From NCBI GenBank assembly GCA_027451365.1, contig DAIDJN010000063.1, forward strand, positions 70,979 through 134,978: a stretch of DNA of 64,000 nucleotides, read 5' to 3'. The translations under genes were made by a program, and so were the position numbers. Source of the DNA: Phycisphaerales bacterium. GTDB lineage: Bacteria; Planctomycetota; Phycisphaerae; WQYP01. The notes under the pieces were generated by a model. It did not search any database and had not been told where the DNA came from. It worked only from the letters and a program-made list of their open reading frames with translations. Of the stretch, positions 20,646 to 29,270 are shown piece after piece; positions within the stretch are counted from its first letter, which is position 1; every line of letters starts with the position of its first letter.

Positions 20646-21524
20646 TCAGACAAGAGTTTTTCCAGTCAGCCGTTCCAGCACCCGCAAGGTTGATTTTTCC
20701 GGTGAACGCATCGCCTGCACCGGCAACAGATACGTTTGTTCCAGCAGATACTGTCCGGCATCTACCGCGTGCAGCACTTCATCGGTAAAACAGAGCCAGG
20801 TTCCCTGCGCTGGAAAACTGAACGGGAACTGTGGGCAGGTTTTCTGATACTGCTCGTCCATTTTTGCCATATCGTGCAGGTGAAGCATGTAATGGTCGAA
20901 CAGAGTGCGGCGGCTGCGGGTGACGCGCAGCAGATGCAGCAGAGGAAGTGAACCGGGAAACGGCTGGGGCACCTTGTCCACAAATTTTTTAGCGAAAGCT
21001 TCAAATGGTTCGCCGACACGCCAGTCGCGTCCTTTGCCATTCGGGTTAACGTTGCAGAACACGCGTATAATTCGCTGCCCCCCCACCGGTCGGGCGGGAA
21101 ACTGATCTGGATGCAGGCGGGTATCATCTTTGGTTATTTTGCTGACGCGTCCTTTAATTTCCACCGGCCGGTAGCTGGTACGGCGCCGTTTGATGAGGTT
21201 TTGGTATGTTGGAAACAGGTTGTTCATTAACGACCTGGTGGCATCCGAATAGCGTTGCAGCATTGCCGCAAGGTCGCGTTTGTCCGCTCCTTCGCCTTCC
21301 ATGCCCTGTATTTTTCCGCTGGCGGAATCGTAGCTTATATTTTTGGCGCCGCCGTCGCTCCAGTTGGGGGTCAGGAACCGCTTTTCCGCATCGGTAAATG
21401 GAAACGTCAGTTGTGGCAGAAAAACCACCCGCCCGGCTTCCAGAGCGTCCGTGGCCTGCTGCTGCTGCGTCGGGGAAAACGGGCCATTAAAGTTCGTCGC
21501 GCTTACTTCAAATATCTGATCCAT
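20646..21524 (-). CDS. Kdo hydroxylase family protein (KdoO-like)
   Basis: AKNISYD, RTSYRP, KDDTRLHPDQFP, RVFCNVNP, DHYMLHLHD, GQYLLEQT; GGAG upstream of ATG 21524. Confidence 0.85.
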   Translation of the reverse strand: MDQIFEVSATNFNGPFSPTQQQQATDALEAGRVVFLPQLTFPFTDAEKRFLTPNWSDGGAKNISYDSASGKIQGMEGEGADKRDLAAMLQRYSDATRSLMNNLFPTYQNLIKRRRTSYRPVEIKGRVSKITKDDTRLHPDQFPARPVGGQRIIRVFCNVNPNGKGRDWRVGEPFEAFAKKFVDKVPQPFPGSLPLLHLLRVTRSRRTLFDHYMLHLHDMAKMDEQYQKTCPQFPFSFPAQGTWLCFTDEVLHAVDAGQYLLEQTYLLPVQAMRSPEKSTLRVLERLTGKTLV

Positions 21525-21723
21525 CACACTGCTGCTCCAAAAAGAGTGCCTTCTGTCCGGTATTGTAGTGGCAGTTGGAAAAAAATGAATCAATGCGGTT
21601 GGCATGGCGTAAAAGCCGCCAGTAAGGGTCCGCAATCGGTCATTTTGGCATGCGGCGATCGTAAATTGACGTAACGGACATCAACCTGTAGTCTAGATAA
21701 TCCGGCCAATGGCCTTGGCTATT

Positions 21724-21810
21724 GGAGAGATGTCCGAGTGGCTTAAGGAGCACGATTGGAAGTCGTGTGTGGGGGAAACCTCACCGTGGGTTCGAATCCC
21801 ACTCTCTCCG
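21724..21810 (+). tRNA. tRNA-Ser(GGA)
   Basis: GGAGAGA/TCTCTCC acceptor stem, anticodon arm CACGA-TTGGAAG-TCGTG, long variable arm, GGTTCGAATCC; CCA not encoded. TTGACG-N17-TAGTCT promoter at 21666-21694. Confidence 0.97.
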
Positions 21811-21942
21811 TTTTTCCCGGGGTGGGAGACGGGTAAGGGGGCGTGGCGGGCACCCATGCATCATTCGCGCCAATCTGCCGCACCCTACCATCCACGACAA
21901 ATCGGGTTATAGTATTGATAAATCTGTTTCGGGAAATGACCT

Positions 21943-23232
21943 GTGGCTGATCCAACCATTATCTGTCCGAAATGTGGCACCGAGATAAAACTCACCGAAT
22001 CACTGGCTGCGCCGTTGGTTGCAGCGACACGCAGGGAGTTGGAAGAAAAGATTGCCCGCAACAATTCAGAAGTTGCCCGGCGCGAGGCCGCCATCAAGGA
22101 AAAAGAGGCGGCGCTTACGGCATCCCAAGCCACGATTGACCAGCAGGTGGCGGCCAAGCTGGAACTTCAGCGGGCCACCATTGCCGCCGAAGAGGCGAAA
22201 AAGGCCAAACTATTACTATCCAATGAACTCAAGCAAAAGGCTGACGAAATCACCAATCTTCAGGCGGTGATGCAGGACCGCGATGCCAAGCTGGCGGAAG
22301 CCCAAAAAGCCCAGGCGGAATTGATCCGCAAGCAACGTGAGCTTGATGATGCCAAGCGAGAGATGGAATTAAATATTGAAAAGCAGGTGCAGGCGGGCTT
22401 GGGGCAAGCCCGTGATAAAGCCCGCAAAGACGCGGAGGACAGCCTGAAACTGCTGGTCATGGAGAAGGACCAGAAAATAAACTCCATGCAGCAAAAGATC
22501 GAAGAACTCAAACAAAAAGCTGAACAAGGTTCCCAGCAATTGCAGGGTGAGGTGCAGGAACTGGAATTGGAAAGCACACTCCGCGCCAAATTCCCCCGCG
22601 ATACCATTGAACCGGTGCCCAAAGGCGAGTTTGGCGGCGACGTATTACAACGTGTTTTCAATTCCGGTGGCCAAGCCTGCGGAACAATTCTGTGGGAAGC
22701 CAAACGCACCAAAAATTGGACAGACAGTTGGCTGACCAAATTGCGTGATGACCAGCGGACGGCCAAGGCTGAGATATCCATAATCGTTTCCAAAGTATTG
22801 CCCAAAGATGTGGAAACCTTTGATTTGATTGATGGCGTATGGGTCACATCAACGGCTTGCGCGTTGCCGGTGGCCATGGCCTTGCGGCAAACGCTGATGG
22901 AACTTGCTGCCGCCCGGCAGACCGGCGAAGGCCAGCAAACCAAGATGGGCATGGTATACGATTATTTGACCGGTCCGCATTTTCGCCAGCGTGTGGGAGC
23001 GATTGTGGAAGCATTTACATCCATGCAGGACGATCTGAATGCCGAGAAAAAGGCCATAACCAAGCAATGGGCTAAAAGAGAATCGCAAATTGAACGAGTG
23101 ATGCAGGCAACAGTCGGCATGTACGGCGATTTACAAGGCATCGCCGGTAAAAGTCTTAAGGAAATTGAGGGGCTGGATGTAAAGGCGTTAGGTGAAGAGA
23201 GTGCGGGAAATACCAAAGATCGATCGAATTAG
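21943..23232 (+). CDS. DUF2130 domain-containing protein
   Basis: IICPKCGTEIKLTESLA, coiled coil, GSQQLQGEVQEL, ILWEAKRTKNW, MYGDLQGIAG. Confidence 0.9.
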   Translation: MADPTIICPKCGTEIKLTESLAAPLVAATRRELEEKIARNNSEVARREAAIKEKEAALTASQATIDQQVAAKLELQRATIAAEEAKKAKLLLSNELKQKADEITNLQAVMQDRDAKLAEAQKAQAELIRKQRELDDAKREMELNIEKQVQAGLGQARDKARKDAEDSLKLLVMEKDQKINSMQQKIEELKQKAEQGSQQLQGEVQELELESTLRAKFPRDTIEPVPKGEFGGDVLQRVFNSGGQACGTILWEAKRTKNWTDSWLTKLRDDQRTAKAEISIIVSKVLPKDVETFDLIDGVWVTSTACALPVAMALRQTLMELAAARQTGEGQQTKMGMVYDYLTGPHFRQRVGAIVEAFTSMQDDLNAEKKAITKQWAKRESQIERVMQATVGMYGDLQGIAGKSLKEIEGLDVKALGEESAGNTKDRSN

Positions 23233-23395
23233 ATAGGTTCGCTGCAATCACAAACGGGGAATCGTGTTTGCGGTCGGTTTTTTTTTGGGGGGGGCCGATG
23301 CCGTCGTACCGCAGGACAAATGTCGAGGCAGTAGCAGCTTTATGGAGGGCGTTGAAAAGCTAAGAGTGCTTGTTGTCCGTGCCCGCGCGGCGGGG

Positions 23396-23703
23396 CACAG
23401 ATTTTCTTAGATTTTTTGACGGGGGGCGAAAAGCCACCCCAGCGCTTGCCGGGATAAACTCCGATCGCCGAGGTCCTGGCGCGGCTCCGCTGTAATCAAA
23501 TCACCTTATCCACAGATTTTCACAGATTTTTACCGACCCACCATCAGGGAGTGATTACCACGGTAACACGATTTTTTTGGGGGGATTGGGGCACAAATTG
23601 ACGGGCGAGGAGATGGCGGGGGTTTTGCTGAACCAATCTAAAAGTGCATCGACGCCAGGGGTGCTCAGGATGCGGTCATGGCCATCCTTTATATCTGTGA
23701 AAA
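23396..23703. repeat. CACAGATTTT repeat cluster with inverted partner
   Basis: CACAGATTTT at 23396, 23511 and 23521; inverted ATCTGTGAAAA at 23693; related tandem at 61744-61765. Confidence 0.6.
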
Positions 23704-23865
23704 CCGCGGTCCGGTCCGTTCTTGGCAAACTCTGCCGATCCATGCGACGATCCTACAACGTGGCTTCCCCCAGATATCGTTGCGGCTTCTCGCCGCGGTT
23801 TTCTAAATAAGGCGAAGCACGGTTCCGCCTTTCCCCCCGACAATTTGTCCATTTTCCCGGATTTT

Positions 23866-23891
23866 TGAAACCTGCGGGCATTTAGACCGTA
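23866..23891 (+). promoter_or_regulatory. putative ECF (SigW-like) promoter
   Basis: TGAAAC-N16-CGTA, ~90 bp upstream of the His/Met-rich lipoprotein. Confidence 0.65.
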
Positions 23892-23978
23892 CTTAATCTG
23901 AGGCGGTGCATTGTTTTGGGTATAAAGTAGCGCACCTATTGCCAAGTTTTTTTCATACCCGATTTTAGGAGCTTGATC

Positions 23979-25223
23979 ATGCGTAGTGGCGGAATGCGAA
24001 AAATTGCCATCAGTCTTTCGGCGTTGCTTTTGGGCGGCGTGGTGGGCGGGTGTGCTTCGGTAAATGTGCACCCGGTTTCAGTGGCCCAGGTGAATGACCC
24101 GGCCGTCAGCGGGGTGCGGTTCTTTCAACCCGCCCCATACCTGCTGGTAACGGAAATGCCCGCCATGGGGGGTGGCCCGCACGTCCTTATGATGGGTGGC
24201 CCGTTCGGCCCCCGGCCCCATGCGGATAAAGAACATGGCAGACATAAAGAACACGGAGAGCATGGAGAGCATGGCGAACACGCAAAACATGGACATGGCG
24301 ACGACGACCATGCCGACCACCACGGCAAAAAGCATGCTGAAGATGCAGATCATGGCAAAAAAGCCGCAGACCATGATGCCGATGATGATGGCCATAAAGC
24401 CCATGCGGACCATGGCGATAACCACCGCGGCTGGGGCCACGGCCATATGGCCATGGGACACCCCGGTATGCGACCCGGAATGCGACCCGGAATGCGCCCC
24501 GGAATGCGGCCCGGAATGATGCCACCTGCCCCTCCCGCCGCGCAGCAACATATTTATGCCCTGCAGATCATTTACCTGCCAGATTACAGCCATCCGTATG
24601 TGGCGGATATCAAAGGCGGTCTGGGCCATACGCCGAATTCCCTGGTGCTGGCCAATGGCTGGCAGTTGCTGGGAATTAATAATTCTGGCCCGATCGCGCC
24701 AACCCCGCCGATCCGCGCCATTACGGCGACTCCCGTCGGCCACAAGCCGCATCCCATGGGACCCATGGGACCAATGGGGCCAATGGGAATGCAGCGCATG
24801 GGACCGATGGGCCACATGGGCATGGGTGGACCACACGGCTGGATGGGGCGCCGCGGCATGGCACAACACCACATGGGCCATATGGGCGGAATGCACCCGA
24901 TGATGGGCGGCATGCGGCACCATGCAAGGCCCGGCATGAGAATGTTCATGATGCACCGCATGATGATGCCGCGCCACGCCGCCCGCGCAATCGGCCTCAA
25001 GCCCGGTCTTTATCAGTTTGTGTTTAACTCGAAAACCGGCAAGCTGGAAGGTTTGCGGCTCGTGCATCTGATGCATCCAAAGCACCACGGCTGGATGCAC
25101 GGACGTAAAATGGGCCACGGCCACTGGAAAAAGGGTAAACACCACGGCATGTGGCATACACATGGCATGAAAAAGCCGGCGGCCAAGCCAACTACAATGC
25201 CGGCTGCCAACCAACCGGCCTGA
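23979..25223 (+). CDS. His/Met/Gly-rich lipoprotein of unknown function
   Basis: AGGAG RBS, signal peptide ending VVGG-C, short folded-looking segments separated by low-complexity His/Met tracts, followed by a terminator. Confidence 0.85.
   Translation: MRSGGMRKIAISLSALLLGGVVGGCASVNVHPVSVAQVNDPAVSGVRFFQPAPYLLVTEMPAMGGGPHVLMMGGPFGPRPHADKEHGRHKEHGEHGEHGEHAKHGHGDDDHADHHGKKHAEDADHGKKAADHDADDDGHKAHADHGDNHRGWGHGHMAMGHPGMRPGMRPGMRPGMRPGMMPPAPPAAQQHIYALQIIYLPDYSHPYVADIKGGLGHTPNSLVLANGWQLLGINNSGPIAPTPPIRAITATPVGHKPHPMGPMGPMGPMGMQRMGPMGHMGMGGPHGWMGRRGMAQHHMGHMGGMHPMMGGMRHHARPGMRMFMMHRMMMPRHAARAIGLKPGLYQFVFNSKTGKLEGLRLVHLMHPKHHGWMHGRKMGHGHWKKGKHHGMWHTHGMKKPAAKPTTMPAANQPA
24468..24515 (+). repeat. 12-bp coding tandem repeat x4 (MRPG)
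   Basis: ATGCGACCCGGA ATGCGACCCGGA ATGCGCCCCGGA ATGCGGCCCGGA. Confidence 0.9.
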
Positions 25224-25254
25224 AGCAGGCGCGGCTGATACCCAAAAAATTTTC

Positions 25255-25291
25255 AAAACCCCGGATGCGCGCCAGCGTATCCGGGGTTTTT
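25255..25291 (+). terminator. intrinsic terminator
   Basis: AAAACCCCGGATGCGC-GCCA-GCGTATCCGGGGTTTTT hairpin. Confidence 0.85.
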
Positions 25292-25602
25292 CTTCTGTAG
25301 GTATTGGGACACAAGGTGCCGACCGCGGAATATGGCAATGGCCAGCAGAAGACCGCGACTTTTTGAAACCAGAAACCTGCATCCCAAGATCCCCAATCTG
25401 CGGAACGCGTCCGTGGTATTAGATAGCCTGATTCGGCGAAGGCCGTTCCGGAATTAGCAATGCCGAATGGCCATACGCGATTCACACGGCCTTCGGCGCT
25501 GTGGCGGCAGAGCAGTGGGCTTGTACCGCCATCACTTTAGGCTATTATTACCCGCTGGTTTTATGGACCGCGGTTTTATTTACCGGGAGCTGGTGCAACA
25601 TT

Positions 25603-26883
25603 ATGGTTGGTGTATTTTTAGCCCATTTGATTTTCGCCTTTGCCATGCTGGGCATGGTGACAGGAATCATCGCTTATCTGATTCTGCTGGAGCGCAAAAC
25701 CGCCGCCTGGATTCAGGACCGCATTGGTCCGAACCGGGTAGGGCCGCAGGGGCTGCTGCAGCCGCTGGCGGACGGCGTGAAATTCATCTTGAAAGAGGAA
25801 TTCATGCCGTTTCATGCGGATAAAGTGATGTTTATTCTTGCACCGATCATTATTATTGCGCCGGCGTTGTGCGGTTTTGCCGTCATACCATGGGGCGGCG
25901 ACCTTGCCGCGGGCACGGCGCTGCCAAAATTTCTGGGCGGATGGGCATTCCCACATACGTTTCATGTCATGGTGGCCAATCCACAGATCGGCGTGCTGTT
26001 TGTGATCGCCATGGCATCGCTTTCCGTTTACGGCGTGGTGCTGGCGGGCTGGGCGTCGGGCAGTAAATACAGCTTTCTTGGCGGCCTGCGTGCGACCGCA
26101 CAAATGATCAGCTATGAAATTCCCATGGCCCTGTCCCTGCTTTCCGTGGCGGTGGTGGCTGGCACACTGCGGCTTGGCCCGATTACCAACGATCAGGCGA
26201 CTTATTTTTCATCGGTGAGTTTTCTTCCGGCATGGAACGTATTCAGCCAGCCGGTGGCATTTCTGCTGTTTGTGGCGTGCATTTTTGCGGAATCAAACCG
26301 CACCCCGTTTGATCTAGCCGAATGCGAACAGGAACTTGTAGGCGGATATCATACTGAATATTCATCCATGAAATTTGCCCTGTTTTTTCTGGCGGAATAT
26401 TCCGCCATGATCACCGGATCCGCGGTAGCGGTGGCATTGTTTCTGGGAGGCTGGCATCTGCCGTGGCTCGATCAGCTTTTGTACCACGGCGCGCAGCCGG
26501 TGGTCACGGGCTGGCTGGGCATGCTTCTTAAATTTGTTGTGTTCTGGGGCAAGGTCGTGGCGTTCCTGTTCTTTTACATGTGGGTACGCTGGACTCTGCC
26601 ACGATTCCGTTTTGACCAGCTTATGAATCTGGCCTGGCGCGGTATGATCCCGCTTTCACTGGCCACATTTGTCATGGCGGCGGTTTTTGTATACCTGCGT
26701 CAGGAAGGGATTATTGAACACCGCGGCTGGCTGCTGCTGGGCAATATCAGCCTGATAGGCATTATGTTTGTGGTGACCGAATTGCGGCCAGCGCAGTCGG
26801 GCAACCGCCGAATGCAGGTGCTTGACAGCCGTTACAATCCGATTCCGCCAGTTGTGGCATCGGGTCCGGAATCCGCCGCCTGA
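25603..26883 (+). CDS. nuoH: NADH-quinone oxidoreductase subunit H
   Basis: LLERK..AWIQDRIGPNRVGPQGLLQPLADGVK, AESNRTPFDLAECEQELVGGYHTEYS, RFRFDQLM. Confidence 0.95.
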   Translation: MVGVFLAHLIFAFAMLGMVTGIIAYLILLERKTAAWIQDRIGPNRVGPQGLLQPLADGVKFILKEEFMPFHADKVMFILAPIIIIAPALCGFAVIPWGGDLAAGTALPKFLGGWAFPHTFHVMVANPQIGVLFVIAMASLSVYGVVLAGWASGSKYSFLGGLRATAQMISYEIPMALSLLSVAVVAGTLRLGPITNDQATYFSSVSFLPAWNVFSQPVAFLLFVACIFAESNRTPFDLAECEQELVGGYHTEYSSMKFALFFLAEYSAMITGSAVAVALFLGGWHLPWLDQLLYHGAQPVVTGWLGMLLKFVVFWGKVVAFLFFYMWVRWTLPRFRFDQLMNLAWRGMIPLSLATFVMAAVFVYLRQEGIIEHRGWLLLGNISLIGIMFVVTELRPAQSGNRRMQVLDSRYNPIPPVVASGPESAA

Positions 26884-27062
26884 TGGTGATTGTCACCTTT
26901 GGCAACAATGCCGATCATTGACTATCTGATACAGCGCCTGGTGGCGGCGGGCAGCGCGGTCCGACCAGCGTTTAGTTTCCGCCGTACAGAATTTGCATCA
27001 ACCAGTCCGTCCGAATGCGATCCGCCAGAAGAAGGCGGATCGCCCGTTAAAAAAGGAAAACC

Positions 27063-28733
27063 ATGGCAACACCCGATAGCAACGCCGCGGCGGTCAATAC
27101 CGTTTCAAAAATGGACAAACTGGTGGCGCTTTGCCGACGCCGGGGATTCATTTTTCAATCTTCTGAAATCTACGGCGGCATCAACGGCTTTTGGGATTAC
27201 GGCCCGCTGGGCGTGGAGCTTAAGCGGAATCTTAAGGAGGCCTGGTGGCGCGATATTGTGCGCTGTGCCCCGAACGGTCCCGACGGAAAGCCGGTGGACA
27301 TGGTGGGGCTGGATTGCACAATTATTATGAATCGAAAAGTCTGGGAGGCATCGGGCCACGCCAGTGGATTCAACGACCCGATGGTGGACGACCGGGAAAG
27401 CAAACAGCGTTTCCGCGCTGATCAGCTTTTTGGTTTGTATGTCGGGCCGCACACCGGTGATGCGGCGGCCGACCGTGCGGCGCTGCTGGCCGGAATTACC
27501 GCGGGTGTCGCACCGGTCATTACCCTGATAGCCTCCACCAGCGGCGAAGCCGCGGAAGCGATGGAAAAGCAGGGGAAAAAGATTTTCAAGGAACGGAACG
27601 TCCCGCTGCAAATCAGCGAGATTGCCTCGGATTTTGTGCTGCTGAAGGAACGTGGCGAGCCGCGGACAGGCCTGCTGGCGCCGGTCACAGCGGACCTGTT
27701 GCGACTGCGTCCGATGGACATTCCCTCGCCATTTACGCAGAAGCTTGGGGTCTTAACTGAACCGCGGCAATTTAATCTGATGTTCCAGACGCACACGGGC
27801 GCGATTCAGGATGAAAGTTCCATGACCTATTTGCGGCCAGAAACGGCGCAGGGAATTTTCGCGAATTTCCGTAACGTCACTGATACCAGCCGGGTAAAAA
27901 TTCCGTTTGGCATCGCACAAATCGGCAAGGCGTTCAGAAATGAAGTTACGCCGCGGAACTTTACATTCAGATCCCGCGAATTTGAACAGATGGAAATTGA
28001 ATTTTTCATTCATCCTTCACAGGCCGCCGAATGGTATACGTTCTGGCGTGAGAGCCGCTTTAAGTGGTGGCAGTCGATCGGTCTGACCAGCGCGAATCTG
28101 CAGCTGCGCGAACATGACCGTGACGAACTGGCGCATTATGCGCGCGATGGGGCGGGCACCAGCGATATTGAGTATCGGTTTCCATTTACCGCGCCGGGCT
28201 TTGGTGAACTCGAAGGAGTCGCGCACCGGACAGATTTTGACCTGCGGCAGCATGCGCAGTTTTCGGGAATTGGGGATAAGCTCAAATATTTTGATCAGCA
28301 GCGAAATGAACGCTATTTTCCGCACGTTATTGAACCTTCGGCGGGTGCGGACCGCGGCACGCTGGCCGTTTTGTGTGAAGCATATCACGATGATGCAGCG
28401 CGTCCGAGCGGGGTGGTCATGAAATTTCATCCGCGCATGGCTCCGATAAAAGCGGCCATATTTCCCCTTGTTGACAAGGACGGAATGCCGGAAATTGCTG
28501 AGAACATTTTCAACGATCTGCGGAAAACATGGAATGTGGAAATGGATGTCAAACAGAACATCGGCAAGCGTTATGCCCGCATGGATGAGGCTGGCACGCC
28601 ATTTTGCTTTACCGTGGATACGCAAACGTTAACCGACCAGACACTGACCGTGCGATACCGCGATACGCTCGCGCAGGAACGCATTGCCGGCAGCCAGATT
28701 AGAAATTTTTTAGCAGAAAAAATTGGTGTGTAA
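27063..28733 (+). CDS. glyQS: glycine--tRNA ligase (alpha2 homodimer type)
   Basis: EIYGG..GFWDYGPLG, YLRPETAQGIF, FRSREFEQMEIEFF, HVIEPSAGADR. Confidence 0.95.
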   Translation: MATPDSNAAAVNTVSKMDKLVALCRRRGFIFQSSEIYGGINGFWDYGPLGVELKRNLKEAWWRDIVRCAPNGPDGKPVDMVGLDCTIIMNRKVWEASGHASGFNDPMVDDRESKQRFRADQLFGLYVGPHTGDAAADRAALLAGITAGVAPVITLIASTSGEAAEAMEKQGKKIFKERNVPLQISEIASDFVLLKERGEPRTGLLAPVTADLLRLRPMDIPSPFTQKLGVLTEPRQFNLMFQTHTGAIQDESSMTYLRPETAQGIFANFRNVTDTSRVKIPFGIAQIGKAFRNEVTPRNFTFRSREFEQMEIEFFIHPSQAAEWYTFWRESRFKWWQSIGLTSANLQLREHDRDELAHYARDGAGTSDIEYRFPFTAPGFGELEGVAHRTDFDLRQHAQFSGIGDKLKYFDQQRNERYFPHVIEPSAGADRGTLAVLCEAYHDDAARPSGVVMKFHPRMAPIKAAIFPLVDKDGMPEIAENIFNDLRKTWNVEMDVKQNIGKRYARMDEAGTPFCFTVDTQTLTDQTLTVRYRDTLAQERIAGSQIRNFLAEKIGV

Positions 28734-28846
28734 AATTTATGTAAGCCTTTTATTAATATGGCGTTATGCAAAACATAAGGAATAAAAATTAAAAAAATTG
28801 GGTAAATTGGTTGAAGTTTTTGGATTAGAGGATACGATATTTAGTG

Positions 28847-28953
28847 CATAGGAAATGTGACCCGGTTCTTAACCCCGGTTTGTCATAGATGATCTTGCTC
28901 TCTCTCTCCCTCCCCAGGCTGGCGTTCCTTCGGGCCGCCAGCCTGGTTTTTTT
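28847..28953 (+). ncRNA. candidate small RNA (~105 nt) with CU-rich tract and terminator
   Basis: Promoter-like TTGAAG-N16-TACGAT (28811-28838), 5' hairpin, CTCTCTCTCTCCCTCCCC tract, CCAGGCTGGCG/CGCCAGCCTGG hairpin plus T7. Confidence 0.5.
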
Positions 28954-29270
28954 GTATTCGCATTTTCAAGCAGGCAAGTTAATTATTAACAGCACCTTAA
29001 AAAACGCGCATTAAAGTCCTGTTTATATCGCGTAAGCGAATTTTTGCCACACGCACCATAATTCGAGATCTTCGATTGGTGCCCTACTTCCCCATGCTTC
29101 AGCACTGCGCCGCGCCATATCGTTTTCGGTGACGCCTGGCAACGGGCTTAAGCTTTAACTTCAGTTCAATGCGCGGATATTCATTTAATTGCAACGCCGA
29201 TCCAAATTTTTCTTTAGCAATTCTAATTATGAATTGAACTTTTATATTGGCGAATATGCTATTTCGTTGT

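Noticed and set aside
24468..24515. Tandem repeats as a CRISPR array
   Set aside because: 12-bp in-frame coding repeats without spacers; no cas genes in the window.
24078..25382. 434-aa antisense ORF over the His/Met-rich gene
   Set aside because: Explained by CAT/ATG/GGC-rich sense codons that lack antisense stops; RBS, signal peptide, promoter and terminator all support the + strand.
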